DNA of 64,000 bases from positions 17,750 to 81,749 of the forward strand of contig CALSCP010001980.1 of assembly GCA_943704425.1 (NCBI GenBank). Reading direction: 5' to 3'. A program made the position numbers and the translations under genes. The notes under the pieces were generated by a model that made no database searches, was not told the origin of the DNA, and saw only the letters and a program-made list of their open reading frames with translations. Below are positions 39,726 through 51,208 of this stretch, piece after piece. The DNA is from Ministeria vibrans ATCC 50519 (taxonomy: Eukaryota > Protista > Filasterea). Position 1 is the first letter of the stretch. Each line of letters begins with the position of its first letter.

Positions 39726-42700
39726 ATGTTGGACGGAAGCAGTTCGGAGAGCAGCGACGATTTGGAGGAGAGGACGAGCGACTCCATGGCAACGAAACAA
39801 AAGGAGCCTGAAGAGGACTTTGGGGACGAAGACTCGCCTCTAGAGAATGCTGCGAAAGATCTCTTGAATGAGATGCCTTTGGTAAGAAAATATTTCGTCT
39901 CTTTCGCCTTATTTTGTACATCAAAATATTAGATTTCGACTTCGAACTTTCTTATTTCGACTTCCCACAGGGATCCGAGGCTGTTCAACAGCTCATGCGG
40001 GACACAGAAGCAGCCGAGCTGGAGGATGTACTGCATTCTTACCGCGAAAACTCGCAGCACGAAAAGCTGGTTCTGCAACTGGTGGCGAACTTCCAGAGTC
40101 AATTTCGCACTCTGTTTCCCGACCGAATGCCACTCCTGCTCACGCCTCTCAACGAATTCAACTGCCCTAAGTTTGTATGCTGCACCATTAGACCCACGGC
40201 AATGCCTTTCAGTGATCTCAATGACTTTAAATTGTGCGCAAGGTAGGAAACAGCAAAGACAACGATTCATGTGCCGGCCTAACTATTATGATTGAGTAGA
40301 TTTGTCGCCGACTATTTGACATACATTGAGTTGGAGGACAACACCGAGGTGCCCACGACGCTTGTATCGCCCACACGAACGCTCAACACGCGACGGGCCA
40401 ACAGCTTTGATGCGTCAACGCTTCTCTGCTCGATGCTCATTGGCGCAGGCTACGACGCGTGTGTTGTCAATGGCTATGCCACAAAAGAAATCACGCAAAA
40501 GAACCTCGCGCACGACCCCTGTCCGCTGTTGCAATGCAAACCGGAATGCAAAGTAGAGCAAGCGCCGGTGAAGAAGAGCGTGTACGCGCGGAGGGCGCCA
40601 CCTCAACTGGTGAGTGCTTTTGAGACGCGGATGCGCGACAAGGCAGCAGCGCAGGTGCGTGCTGTCGAGGAGAAGGCGGTGGCCGAGCGCTTGGCCGAGC
40701 GCGCAGAGAAGATGCGGGCGCCTGTAGACGAGCTTGAAGGAGTGCGTGTGCACGCGTGGGTACTGGTGCGAGCGGGACGACGCGGGGTCGAGGACGACGT
40801 GTTTATCGAGGCGACGACTGGACGAGTCTTACGTGTGCGCGAGAACCCCGAGGCGTTTGCGCGCTATTTAGGCGTTGAGGCTGTGTGGAACCACGAGAAC
40901 TACTGGGTGAACATGCAGGACTGCAGCGACGGCATTGGCGACATGCAGTATCGCCTAGACGAGACAGCGCACTGGGAGCACTGTCTGGCGGAAGAGGGTG
41001 ATCTGTGCAACGTCGATGAGGGCGAGGATATCGATGTGGTAGAAGAGGAGGATTCCGAGGTGGAGGATGACGACGAGGACGTTGAGGACAAGGAAAAGGA
41101 GGACGAAGCAGGACCATTGCGTATAGCCACAGTTAAAGCACCAACCATGATCCGCGAGAGCACCGGCGTATACGGTACTGGGGTGCGACAAGCTGTGTCG
41201 CAGAAGATTAATGCGTCGAAGTCGAAGACGAAGAAGAAGTCGAATTTGAAGAAAGGCGCTGGGAGTGCGTTTGTGGTGCCGGGCGAAGGAGTGGTACGTG
41301 TGCCACACTCGTGGGTGAGCGCGCTGCTGCTTCCGCGTCGCTTCGTGGTGCAGGGGCGTCTCATGGCACGCGTGCGTGTGCCGGTGCACCTGAGTGAGAC
41401 AGGCGAGACGACAGAGGTGACCCTGACCAACATAGGGAGTCGTCGGGTGCTGTACTGCGATGCTAAAGTAGAGGAGTACGCAGAGTACACGCGCGAAGAT
41501 GGGCTAGTGCAGCGATTGACAGTGCTGAACATGGATCATGAGCGGGATGGGGGCGGGGCAGGGGATGGGACGAGCGAGCGCACCGAGGTGTACGCGCACC
41601 GGGCGGATTTGATGGTGCAGCGGTGGTGTGCAGCAGGCGGAGAGACAGTGCGTGAGCTGTTTGGAGTGGGTGCTCATGTGCGTGGGGTGCGTGAACTGGA
41701 GCGGAGGAAGAGGGGCGAGGAGGTATGGATGCGGTTTGACAGGGAGACGCGCGCGGATGGGTTGATGGAGCGGCTGGATGCAGGGCAGTGGATGGAGGAG
41801 AAGTTTTGTGGGGCGGAGCTTGAGAAGGGGATTCGACGACTGGTGCGACGCAGGACTGAGTTTGGGCGTGTTAACGTTGATGATGAACAGGAGCTTCGAC
41901 ATGATCGTCATGATGGCCAGCTGCAAGCGACGCGTCAGGGGGGCACTCTGACCGCGAGCGCAAGGCCATCGGAGACGTCGAAACACCACCAGATGAACAC
42001 GAGCATGGCAGTGACGGTGGACGGGCATAGACAAGTGGAGTGCATTGAGGAGGAGTATGAAGCGGGTGGTCATGGGGAGGGCGGGGCGGCGGTGCTGTGG
42101 CGTCGGGTGTGGGACTGGCGCGAGGGAACGGCAACGGTGGAGTATGTACCTGAGAAAGGGCGACTCACGGGTACACGTAGAGTGTACGTGCAAGACAAGG
42201 AAGGAGAGTATCGACTGAAGGAGAGCTATGAGGGACGAGAGCAGCGCGGGGTGTTGGCGCAGCGAGCGGGGACGCTGTTTGTGGGAGGCAAGCGGGCAGA
42301 AGTGGAAAGGGAGCGACGGGAACTGGGAGGGGCGAGGGAGCGCGCGGTGGGGGCGGTGGTGGGTGGAGTGCAGGAGACGATGGCGTTGGTGGAGGCACGT
42401 AATGCTGCATGGTCTCACCCTCAGCTCACGGTGTCCTTTTACGACGTTGACCAGAGCGACGCAATCAAGGTATAGATGAGGACGGTGAAAAAAACGGCTT
42501 TATTATTTTCTTCTTTAATTTACAGGAATACCGGGTGAAGGAGGCAGAGGAGGCGGCAACTGCGCTGCAGCGGGCACGACGCAAGCTGTTTGGGGCGGCG
42601 GACGACGTTGAGCCGTATCTCGTGCGCAGAGGCGTGACGGAGCGGCAGCTGACGCAGGAGGACTTTGTGTTGGACGAGCAGATGGCCTGCGACGTCTTTC

Positions 42701-43122
42701 AGGAGTGTCTTGCCGACTGCAAGCAGCGCCAGCTGGACAAGGTGCGTACAATATTTGAAAGAAGAAGATTGACATTATACTGACGTTTTATTGTACCATG
42801 CCATGGGGGGCGTGTGGGCATTCCGTGTGGGCAGGCGCGGATCATCCAGGAGCGTTTAGAAGAGGAGATTATGGCGCTTCAGCAGCAACAGACGGCGTTC
42901 AGCGCACGCACGGGAGGAGGTGTGGGCACATGTGAGGCGCTGCATGAGGACCAGGCGGATGCGAGCCGGGAGTACGTGCGCTACTGCGATGCATCCATGT
43001 TCCGTATCCAGATTCTTGAGCAGCGTCTCGTTGCACACAAGAGCGAAGCGGCACGTCGCTACACCGCCCTCGAAAGAAAGATTCAGGCTGACCCGCGCTT
43101 TGTCCATTTGTTTCAAGCATAA
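39726..43122 (+). CDS. DRC7: Dynein regulatory complex subunit 7 (CCDC135)
   Basis: FPDRMPLLL.PLNE...KFVCCTIRPT, FDASTLLCSMLIGAGYDACVVNGYA, RVHAWVLV, YLGVEAVWNHENYWVNMQ, FRIQILEQRL. Confidence 0.93.
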
Positions 43123-43207
43123 TGCAAATCGTTTCATTTTCATTCAGATTTCAGACTGAGCAGTCTAAATAAGCCTAATTGAATTGGTCTTATTATATTA
43201 TATAGAA

Positions 43208-43251
43208 GTAAGTGAATTGGTCCAATTCTGTCCAATAACCAATTCACTTAC
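43208..43251. repeat. 14-bp perfect inverted repeat GTAAGTGAATTGGT...ACCAATTCACTTAC with clustered CCAAT boxes
   Basis: Arms at 43208-43221 and 43238-43251. Confidence 0.8.
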
Positions 43252-43278
43252 CTCTTTATATACTCTATACATTAACAC

Positions 43279-44216
43279 ATGATTGCTGCTGTTGTGACGG
43301 CGTCAAGCACGTCGGGAAAGGCGTTCATCAAGGCGCTGGCACCGAACGCTGCGGTGAAAATCCAGGCGGGATTCCGAACGGCAGAACGGGCACAGGTGGG
43401 TAGCATCGCACGCTGGAGTGGCTGCAGTGCTGCAGTGGAATGCAGCTCAACGCCGACTGCGATGCGTAGGCGACCGAATTGGAGCTGGGGGCAGGGAAGT
43501 TCGATGTGCATGTCGGCGTGGACGCAGCCAACGCCGCATCGCTCGCCCCCGTCCTCTCTGGCGCCGACACCGCCTTGCTGGTGACTCCACTTGACCACAG
43601 TCGCGGCATGGCAACCGACGCGGAGTACACGTGCAATATGATTCGCGCTGCGGCACACGCCGGCGTCACACACATCTCGCTGGTCACGAGCTGGACCACC
43701 CTCTTCCCCGAACACCTTCCCGCTCTGTCGAGCCGCTTTATCGCCCAAGAGAAGCTGCTTGCCTCGCTGACTGACACGAAATGGACGATATTGCGTGGGG
43801 GCTTTTTCAGTGGAAACGTTGCAGCGAGTCTGTCTGGGAGCACACTCTCCCTTGCACCAATGTCTGTGCCTCTCGTGGATCCGCGCGATATTGGCCGCAT
43901 GGCCGCGGCGATTGCACTGGATTCAGCGTCACACCATGGCAAAGTGTACGACGTGTCGGGCGAGGAGCGTCTCACAGGCGAACAGATTGCACAGCGCATT
44001 GCACAGGCAACCAACACCTCCGTTGCCTTCAATGCTCGCTCTGTTGACGAACAATGTGCCCACCTCCCTCCCTTCTTGCAAGAACTCGTGCGTTTTCTTG
44101 CCGCCACTCCCGACGCAGTGCCACTGAGCTCGCACGTCCGAGACGTCACTGGCACTCCTGCCGCCACCTTTGAAACATTTGTGCGAGACCATCGTTCAAT
44201 GTTTGTCAAGTCATGA
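43279..44216 (+). CDS. NmrA-like atypical SDR NAD(P)-binding protein (2 exons)
   Basis: Degenerate Rossmann start VVTASSTSG, WTILRGGFF, VDPRDIG, HHGKVYDVSG. Confidence 0.85.
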
Positions 44217-44353
44217 CTTGCGAGATTGAAAAAAAAGAGAGAATAGATCGATGAGAGGAGGAGGGAGGGAGGGAGAGAAAGAAACAAGGTGATAGTGAGA
44301 GGGGAGAAGGAAAGAAAGTGATCGAGAGACTCAATGTATTCACAATAATTCGT

Positions 44354-44538
44354 TTAATTACGCTTCTTCGCGTTCGTCAAAGCATGTCCAAACGGATTCG
44401 CCTGAGCAAACCGCAGCATTGTCCAGAGAGGAACCACAATGTAAGGCCCGTAGCCGGCCCAGAAGAGCGTTGGGTTCAATGTGGGGTGGGTGCCGTAGAA
44501 CTCTTCCATACAAATGATCAGCATATCCTTCAGGAGAC
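44354..44538 (-). CDS. Last exon of an EXPERA-domain (TMEM97/TM6SF/EBP-like) membrane protein; upstream exons missing
   Basis: AG acceptor after a CT tract; LFWAGYGPYIVVPLWTML transmembrane motif; basic C-terminus AKKRN. Confidence 0.5.
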
Positions 44539-44546
44539 CTAGCAAG

Positions 44547-44810
<264 letters not shown>

Positions 44811-44851
44811 TGGCTCAACATGTGTGTGTGTGTGTGTATGTTTGCTCTCAG

Positions 44852-45352
44852 AGCGGTTCTCGAAGATGCGAAGATTTTGGAGGATCGAGCGAGTCTCATC
44901 ACTGCAAAGTACACTGAGAACGTGACGGAAATCCGGAGTGTGTTGGCTGGAACGGCCTTTAACTACCCTCATCTGATTGATGTTGACTGGAGACTCGACT
45001 ATTACATCAAAGTAGAAACAAACGAGAGGGGAAAGTGTGTGTGTCTGTGTGTGTGTGTGTGATGGAGAGAAGAAAAAGAGAGTTTTGACACTAGATTTTT
45101 TTTCTTAGAACAATCATTTGGAAAAGGTCAACGAACCAGTGTACCTGATCAAACTGAAGACAGGTACACTCATTACCAAACCCTCTTGTGTGTACTGCAT
45201 TAAATTGTGTCTGTGTGTGTGTTTCAGATGTGTCTGGCTCGTCAGAGGGACCCACAGTACAGTTTACTGCGTCGCCCGAACATCTGCAGGATCTCATTAA
45301 CAAACTGAAAGATGCAGCCAAGAAACTCACCCCCGATGATGGAAAGAAGTGA
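44852..45352 (+). CDS. COMMD3: COMM domain protein 3, last three exons; 5' exons missing
   Basis: PHLIDVDWRLDYYIK|NNHL...PVYLIKL...FTASPEHLQDLINKLKDAAK. Confidence 0.88.
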
Positions 45353-45670
45353 ATAGGGATTGAGAGTGAAAAGAGAGCAGAGAGAGAGAAAAAAAAATCT
45401 GTAGAATTATTTGAAAGACATTTTTTTGAAGCAAAAGTCTGCTACTTCTCTTCTCGATCTCTGCATGCCCCAGAAGTTACCCACTTGTCTTTCCAGGGAA
45501 GTCACTGAAGTAAGCAACACAACTGACAAGCAGTCGAGCACCGTTCAACACTCAACGTGGGAGCATGTGGGGTATTTATTATCTTCTCCGATAAAGAAAA
45601 AGATAAGCCCCCCAGGTGACAATTATCATACTCATGACTCACTTGTGACTTGACACTTATTTTTCTTCTG

Positions 45671-47758
45671 ATGCTGAAATCAAAGTTGCAAGAGCTGCTC
45701 AATCGCCGTCGAAGCGTTGATGTGACGCAGGGGTCGGTAATTGTGTCGACAGCGGACGGCAAAACGGCCGTTTCGCCATCGTCTCACAAGAGACGAGTCG
45801 CCAATGGTGCCCCGGTCGCCAGCACACGCAAAGCAAGCAGCCAAGAGAACAGTCGGGCCAACACGGCCGTTGAGGAGCACGACAGGGATGGCATCGAGGC
45901 GACGGCAACCTGGCCTATCCCCGAGGGGCGCAGTGCGCGTCGGAAAAGGTTTCGGAATGAGCTGTGTGACGTGGCTATGACATGTCAGCAATTTTTTTTT
46001 ATGAAATGACCCCAATTCGCACTTGCGTAGCATGCCGATCATATATTCGCCCAGTCAAACACTCGCCAATGCGCTCAAGTCGCGGAGAGAACGCAAAAAG
46101 GCGGCAAAAGCTGCACGGGAAGCGGCGCGTTTGGAGGTAACAGGAAGAAAAAAAAACTTTTGAGAGGTCTTTTTGACTTTTGTTTGACCCGAAAATGCAG
46201 GAAATGCGACGCGAGCTGTGGACATCGCCTATTGCAGCCGAGTTTGTGGGCATCGACGCGCTGAGAGATGACATCGAGCGTCTGGAATTGCTGGAAGAGA
46301 AACCGCAGGCAAACCGCCAATGTTCTATTGAGTCAACTATCCACGAAGAGTCTGACGGTGAGTGGCTTCTGCAGAAACATATATTTAGCGAGAGAGAAAG
46401 TAGGGGAAGGGGAGGAGGATAACATCTGATATTTGTTTGTAGAGCCAGTCGTGCCAATGGATGGGTCGCAGTTGGAGCGGGCGGTCGACGAGACGTACAA
46501 CATGATATTCACGAATCCCACTCGCACCAAAAGCTTTCGGTAGCACTATTTTGATATACACACACAATTATGTCACAAATGCATCGACTGAGCATGGTGT
46601 CATTGCTGCAGGTGTCGACGACGCGTACTGACGGGACGAGCAAGCGAAGACATTGCGTCGGTGCCGGAAGAAAATTTGATTGGTGAGACGGTCGAGGTGG
46701 CGAAACTGGAGAGCATTTCGTCGTCGGATGTGAGTAGGTTTATTGCCAGAGGAGCGTCGTCGGAGTTGGAGGAGATGGAGGAAGAGGAGATGGAAAGCCA
46801 AGAATTTGAAGGAGAAGGAGAAGAAGTAAGGGAGGAGGGAGAAGGAGAAGCGGAGGAGGAGGAGGAGGAGGAGACGGAAGCAGAGCGGGAGATGCGGGAG
46901 GAGGACGAGAAGATTACCAAGTTGTTGCGGGAGGAGATGAAGGCGCTGCGGACACTGGGTCAGTTTGACGATGGAGCGAGCATCTCGATGGGACTTGATG
47001 AGAGTGTAAATTCGGAGGACGAGCGGTTTTGTGTGTTTTCGTCGACGCGCAGTATTGACTTTGTGCGAGCACACGAGGGTGTGTACGGACGGCGGTCGAC
47101 CGATTATCTGGAGTGTGTGTACAGCGATGGAGAGGAGGAGGAGGAGGAGGAGGACAACGACGATGAGAGTGTGTATACATATGCAGATGTGATGGCGGAT
47201 GATGCGATGGCGAGTGACTATGTGTTCACAGTGTACTCGGACGCAGAGAACTGCGTCATGACCGTGCGCGAGCGGGGCCAGTGCAGTGCGGGTGAACATC
47301 GGAATGTTGATGATGGTGATGAAATGGAGACGGTCGTGTCGACGAGTGGGCAAACGGCGCTGTCAGGGACAAGCACACTGCCACGGGAGGTCTCGTACAC
47401 GGACAAGGCACTGCGACGCGCGAGTGCGGCGCGTGCCATTGCGCAGCCGCAGTGGATGCGCAACAACATTGCGTCGCAGAAACGCACACGGGAGGAGTCT
47501 TTGCGCGGGCAGCTAAAGATGGCGTTTAAACAGAAGCGCGAGATGCCTCAGTGGATGAAGGACAAGGTGGAGTCCATCCGACGGAGCGGGCGGGCTGTCG
47601 AGCGGGCAGTCTCGCTGGCTGAACCCCACAAGGGCACTGTTGTCACTGTGCCGGGTGTTGTGACGCCGAATGTGCGTCGCGAAGAGTCGGTGCGGGGTGA
47701 AAATGGAGAGCGCATGCCGTTCACGTTGATTCTCCACCGGACTGCAGCGAAGTGCTAA
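45671..47758 (+). CDS. Hypothetical acidic low-complexity protein (about 5 exons)
   Basis: GT-AG junctions link ORFs 45671-45948, 46031-46136, 46201-46357, 46443-46539 and 46612-47758 in frame; no domain recognised. Confidence 0.6.
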
Positions 47759-48264
47759 ATTATAAGCACCACGGTCTCTGTTAATTGTTATAAGTACCAG
47801 GGTCTCTGTGTGTGTTACAATGTTTCATATTATTACTATTATTATTAGTCGTACGGTTGGATTTACCGCAAATCATTTAAGTGAAGAAGAATCTTTTCAT
47901 TTCCCCAAGAATACAATTGTGAAGGATTGTGTTGACAGAATAAATAATTAGTAATGATATTAATGAGATGATCATGAGCTTTTCGTTTCTGTGTGTTTTA
48001 TCATTGGGTTGTGAGAAAAGCATTCGTTTCTTTTACGTCATAAGAAATAATAATAATAAGATACAATATATTAATGATATAGCCAGACCGTCTTGTAAAC
48101 TCAACCGAAACTCTACAAGAAACCAGTGCCACTGTAGTCTGTAGCAGGTCAGAGTACTGTGTCGTCGCTTTTAATAATACCCAGAAGAATACAACCCATT
48201 TATATGATCAGTACTTGATTAAAAAAAATAGAATAAATCAATTTTATTTATCCTTTTAATTCCA

Positions 48265-49957
48265 ATGGTCAGCGTCAAGTATCTTTCGATCGGGATTGTC
48301 GCACTACTGGTGGTGCTTATGTACAGTCTCTTTTCAACAGCATCCACCTGCAATCGTGTTGCTCGTCCCTATCGGTCTGTGGGAACTTCGTCCCAAAAAC
48401 TCGGCAGAGCACTCATACGATTATTCTCTTCTCTCTCTCTATCTATCTTTCTATTTTTCGTCCCCAGCTCATGCACTGGCTCCTGTACAAACTCTGACTC
48501 TGATCTCAAGCTCTGCGAAGCGTGGGCAAAGGTAAAGAAGAGACAGCGAGCTGAGAAGTGAGACTGTTCCACTGTAGTCCAACGCAGAGCGTCGCAAAAC
48601 GGCTCGCGCTTGGCTCACGCACGACCTTCCCTCGGTACAACGCATACAGTATACATGGCAGACTCTTGCTTGGCCGTTGGCTAAGTCTCTCTTAAACGCA
48701 TGTGCTCGCAGTGGGTTCTTCCGTCGCTCAATGCGGGCGACTGGCGCGCCTTCTCCATGTTCCCCAACACGTACGCCTGCCGCGTTGGCGTGCAGCTGTT
48801 TGGCAGCGACTGGATGAAGAAGAGCGTCTGCGACGTCCCCTTAATACCCACTCCGTGCATTGTCTATTCGTTTGGCAAAACAGACTTGTCCGCTGAAGTG
48901 TCACTGCAACAAGCAACAGGTCAGGATTGTGTTCTGCTCTGCTCTGCACACACACACACACACACAAAAAAAAAAAACAACCCTCATTGCGCCACTCACA
49001 GTCACGCATACACTGCTGTAGGGTGTCGTGTACACGTGTTTGACTCCACGGGCGTTCATGCAGCATCTCCTCACAATGGCATTTCGGTCCACAACGATTA
49101 TAGCATCAGCGACTCCGTAACAATAACAATAACAATAATTATAATAATAATAATAATAATAAGAAGAATACAACCCATTTATATAACCAATAATAATACC
49201 AATAATAATAATAATAACAATAATAATACCAATAATAATAATATTAATTATTAATAATAAAATAATAAATTTATTAGGAGCAAAACATATAAATTATAAT
49301 TATTATGAAGTGAAGAGAAATTAATAATAATAAATAAAATATATTTTTATTATTATAATACAATATTATTATAATAATATTAATAATAAATTATTAGTAT
49401 TATAATTATTATTATTTTTATTATTATGTGTATTCAATTACTAAAAATGTTGTACGCTGTAGGACGGATACAACGCAAAAACATATGTGAATGGACTTCG
49501 ACTCAAATCTATTATGAAAAATCTCAATCACGATTTCACCGACATTCTCATCCTTGACATTGAAGTGCGACTCAATAACAGTAATAATTTGTATGTTTCG
49601 CTGATCCAATTATTGGTTTGTAGGGAAAAGAATGGAACGTTCTCAATGAAATTCTTACCAACGTTTCGGACGAAGAACTTCCAGGGCAAGTCATTGTGGA
49701 CGTCCACTTGGCAATGGTATGATAAATAAAAGAACCATTCTGTGATGATTTTAAACCTCTGTCTTTATTTTTCGGAAAAACCTTAGAAATTTCTGTCGGA
49801 AGGTGCCAAACCATTTGACAGTCTCAAAGCACTCATTGAGAAATTCGACTCCCGCGGATACCAACAGTTTGCTGTCAACGTGGACTTTCGCTTTTCAACA
49901 GCCGCCACCTTTTCCTTTGTGCTTGATTTGCCCCCAGAAACGGAAAAGACCCAATGA
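48265..49957 (+). CDS. Type II membrane methyltransferase-like protein (METTL24/Methyltransf_22 family)
   Basis: N-terminal TM; KSVCD...CIVYSFG...CRVHVFD; LKSIMKNLNH..DILILDIEGKEW; QVIVDVH. Confidence 0.75.
49120..49430. repeat. (AAT)n / very AT-rich intronic tract
   Basis: Directly visible. Confidence 0.9.
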
Positions 49958-50098
49958 TTTATATGAATATAAGACACGATCTCATTCACTATCAATAAGA
50001 AAAGAAGTTTAATAGAGAATAGAATACTAATGTCAATAATAAAATTTAATATTATTACAAGGAGATGAAAATAATATACAACATTACAATACTATGGC

Positions 50099-51068
50099 TC
50101 ATTCTCGGAATAAAATCCGACGTGACCGGTCCATTGTATTCGCTTCACTCTCATCCGGATCTTCCACAAAGCCCTAAAATATCTTACTGTTATGACAACA
50201 AATAAACTGATTTTGTTTGTTTGCTGTATACGTGAAGATCAGGAGCAGGAACAAAGGCAGGGGGGAGGGCGGGACGGAGGCCGTGGTGTAAGAGAGGAGG
50301 GCCGAAAAGACGGAGTGGGGGGTTGCGTGGGGAACGGAAGTCATGGTGTAAGAGAGGGGGGCCGAAGAGACGGAGAGGGGGATTGCGTGGGGGGCGGGGA
50401 GAGCGACGGAGGAGACGGTCGCGAACAGCAGCGCATTCATACTGTGCACGCGCACTGGTGTCTGGCGTGCGCTCGATGAGATGCTGGAAGGAAGCTCGTT
50501 CGAGAGCATGTTGCCAGAGAAAGGAGTCGTTGGCAAGACGACGGAAACGACGCGAGGTGGCTGCAAAAGCGCAGAGGGAACGGACGGCCGTGCTCTGCGG
50601 AGGAATGGAGAGCAGCTGATATAGAACGAGAATGACCAGCTCGTCCGGCAGACGCATTATGCCATAGTCTGAGGCAGCGGCGGTGCCGGAAATCACGCGT
50701 GACCGGTGTAGAAGACGGTGTGTGAGGGAATCGCGCAAGTTCAGTGCGGTGGTCGTGTCGCAGAGGGACGTCGAATACACAACCGTGTCGTGCACACCGG
50801 CCACGACAGCCCTTCCATACACTGCACCATAAACAGACAAGAAATGTGAGTATGCAGCTGAGACATCGCCAGAGAGCGCGGGAAACGGACCACAGACGAG
50901 CTGGTTGAGCGGTTGAAGGAGAATGTCGACTGCGAATGTTGAGTCGCGGCTGTGCCTGGCCTCCAACGACGTCTTCCTTGCCCCCTCCAGCCTAGCAGCA
51001 CTTGGGGCTTCGTATCCGACCTCCTTTAGTGCCATCACGACCATGGCATACGCAGTTTCTGGTGACAT
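50099..51068 (-). CDS. F-box protein with FP-like N-terminus and proline-rich tail (FBXO7/Nutcracker-like); probable short last exon 50099-50173
   Basis: F-box GIMRLPDELVILVL...RRFRRLANDSFLWQ; upstream MALKEVGY and LRDSLTHRLL resemble the FP domain; Pro-rich 20-aa repeat x2. Confidence 0.65.
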
Positions 51069-51179
51069 ATTGATGAAAATAATGTGGTGTTGATTAACTT
51101 GATTTTGACGATCATTCGATCAAAACACACATATTCGACAATTCAAATTTCAAAGTCGCAGTACACCAATTGACGGGCG

Positions 51180-51193
51180 TACGCGGCCGCGTA
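51180..51193. promoter_or_regulatory. Perfect 14-bp palindrome TACGCGGCCGCGTA in the F-box/cyclophilin divergent promoter
   Basis: Palindrome is directly visible; function inferred from position. Confidence 0.3.
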
Positions 51194-51208
51194 TACTATA
51201 CTTCCATC

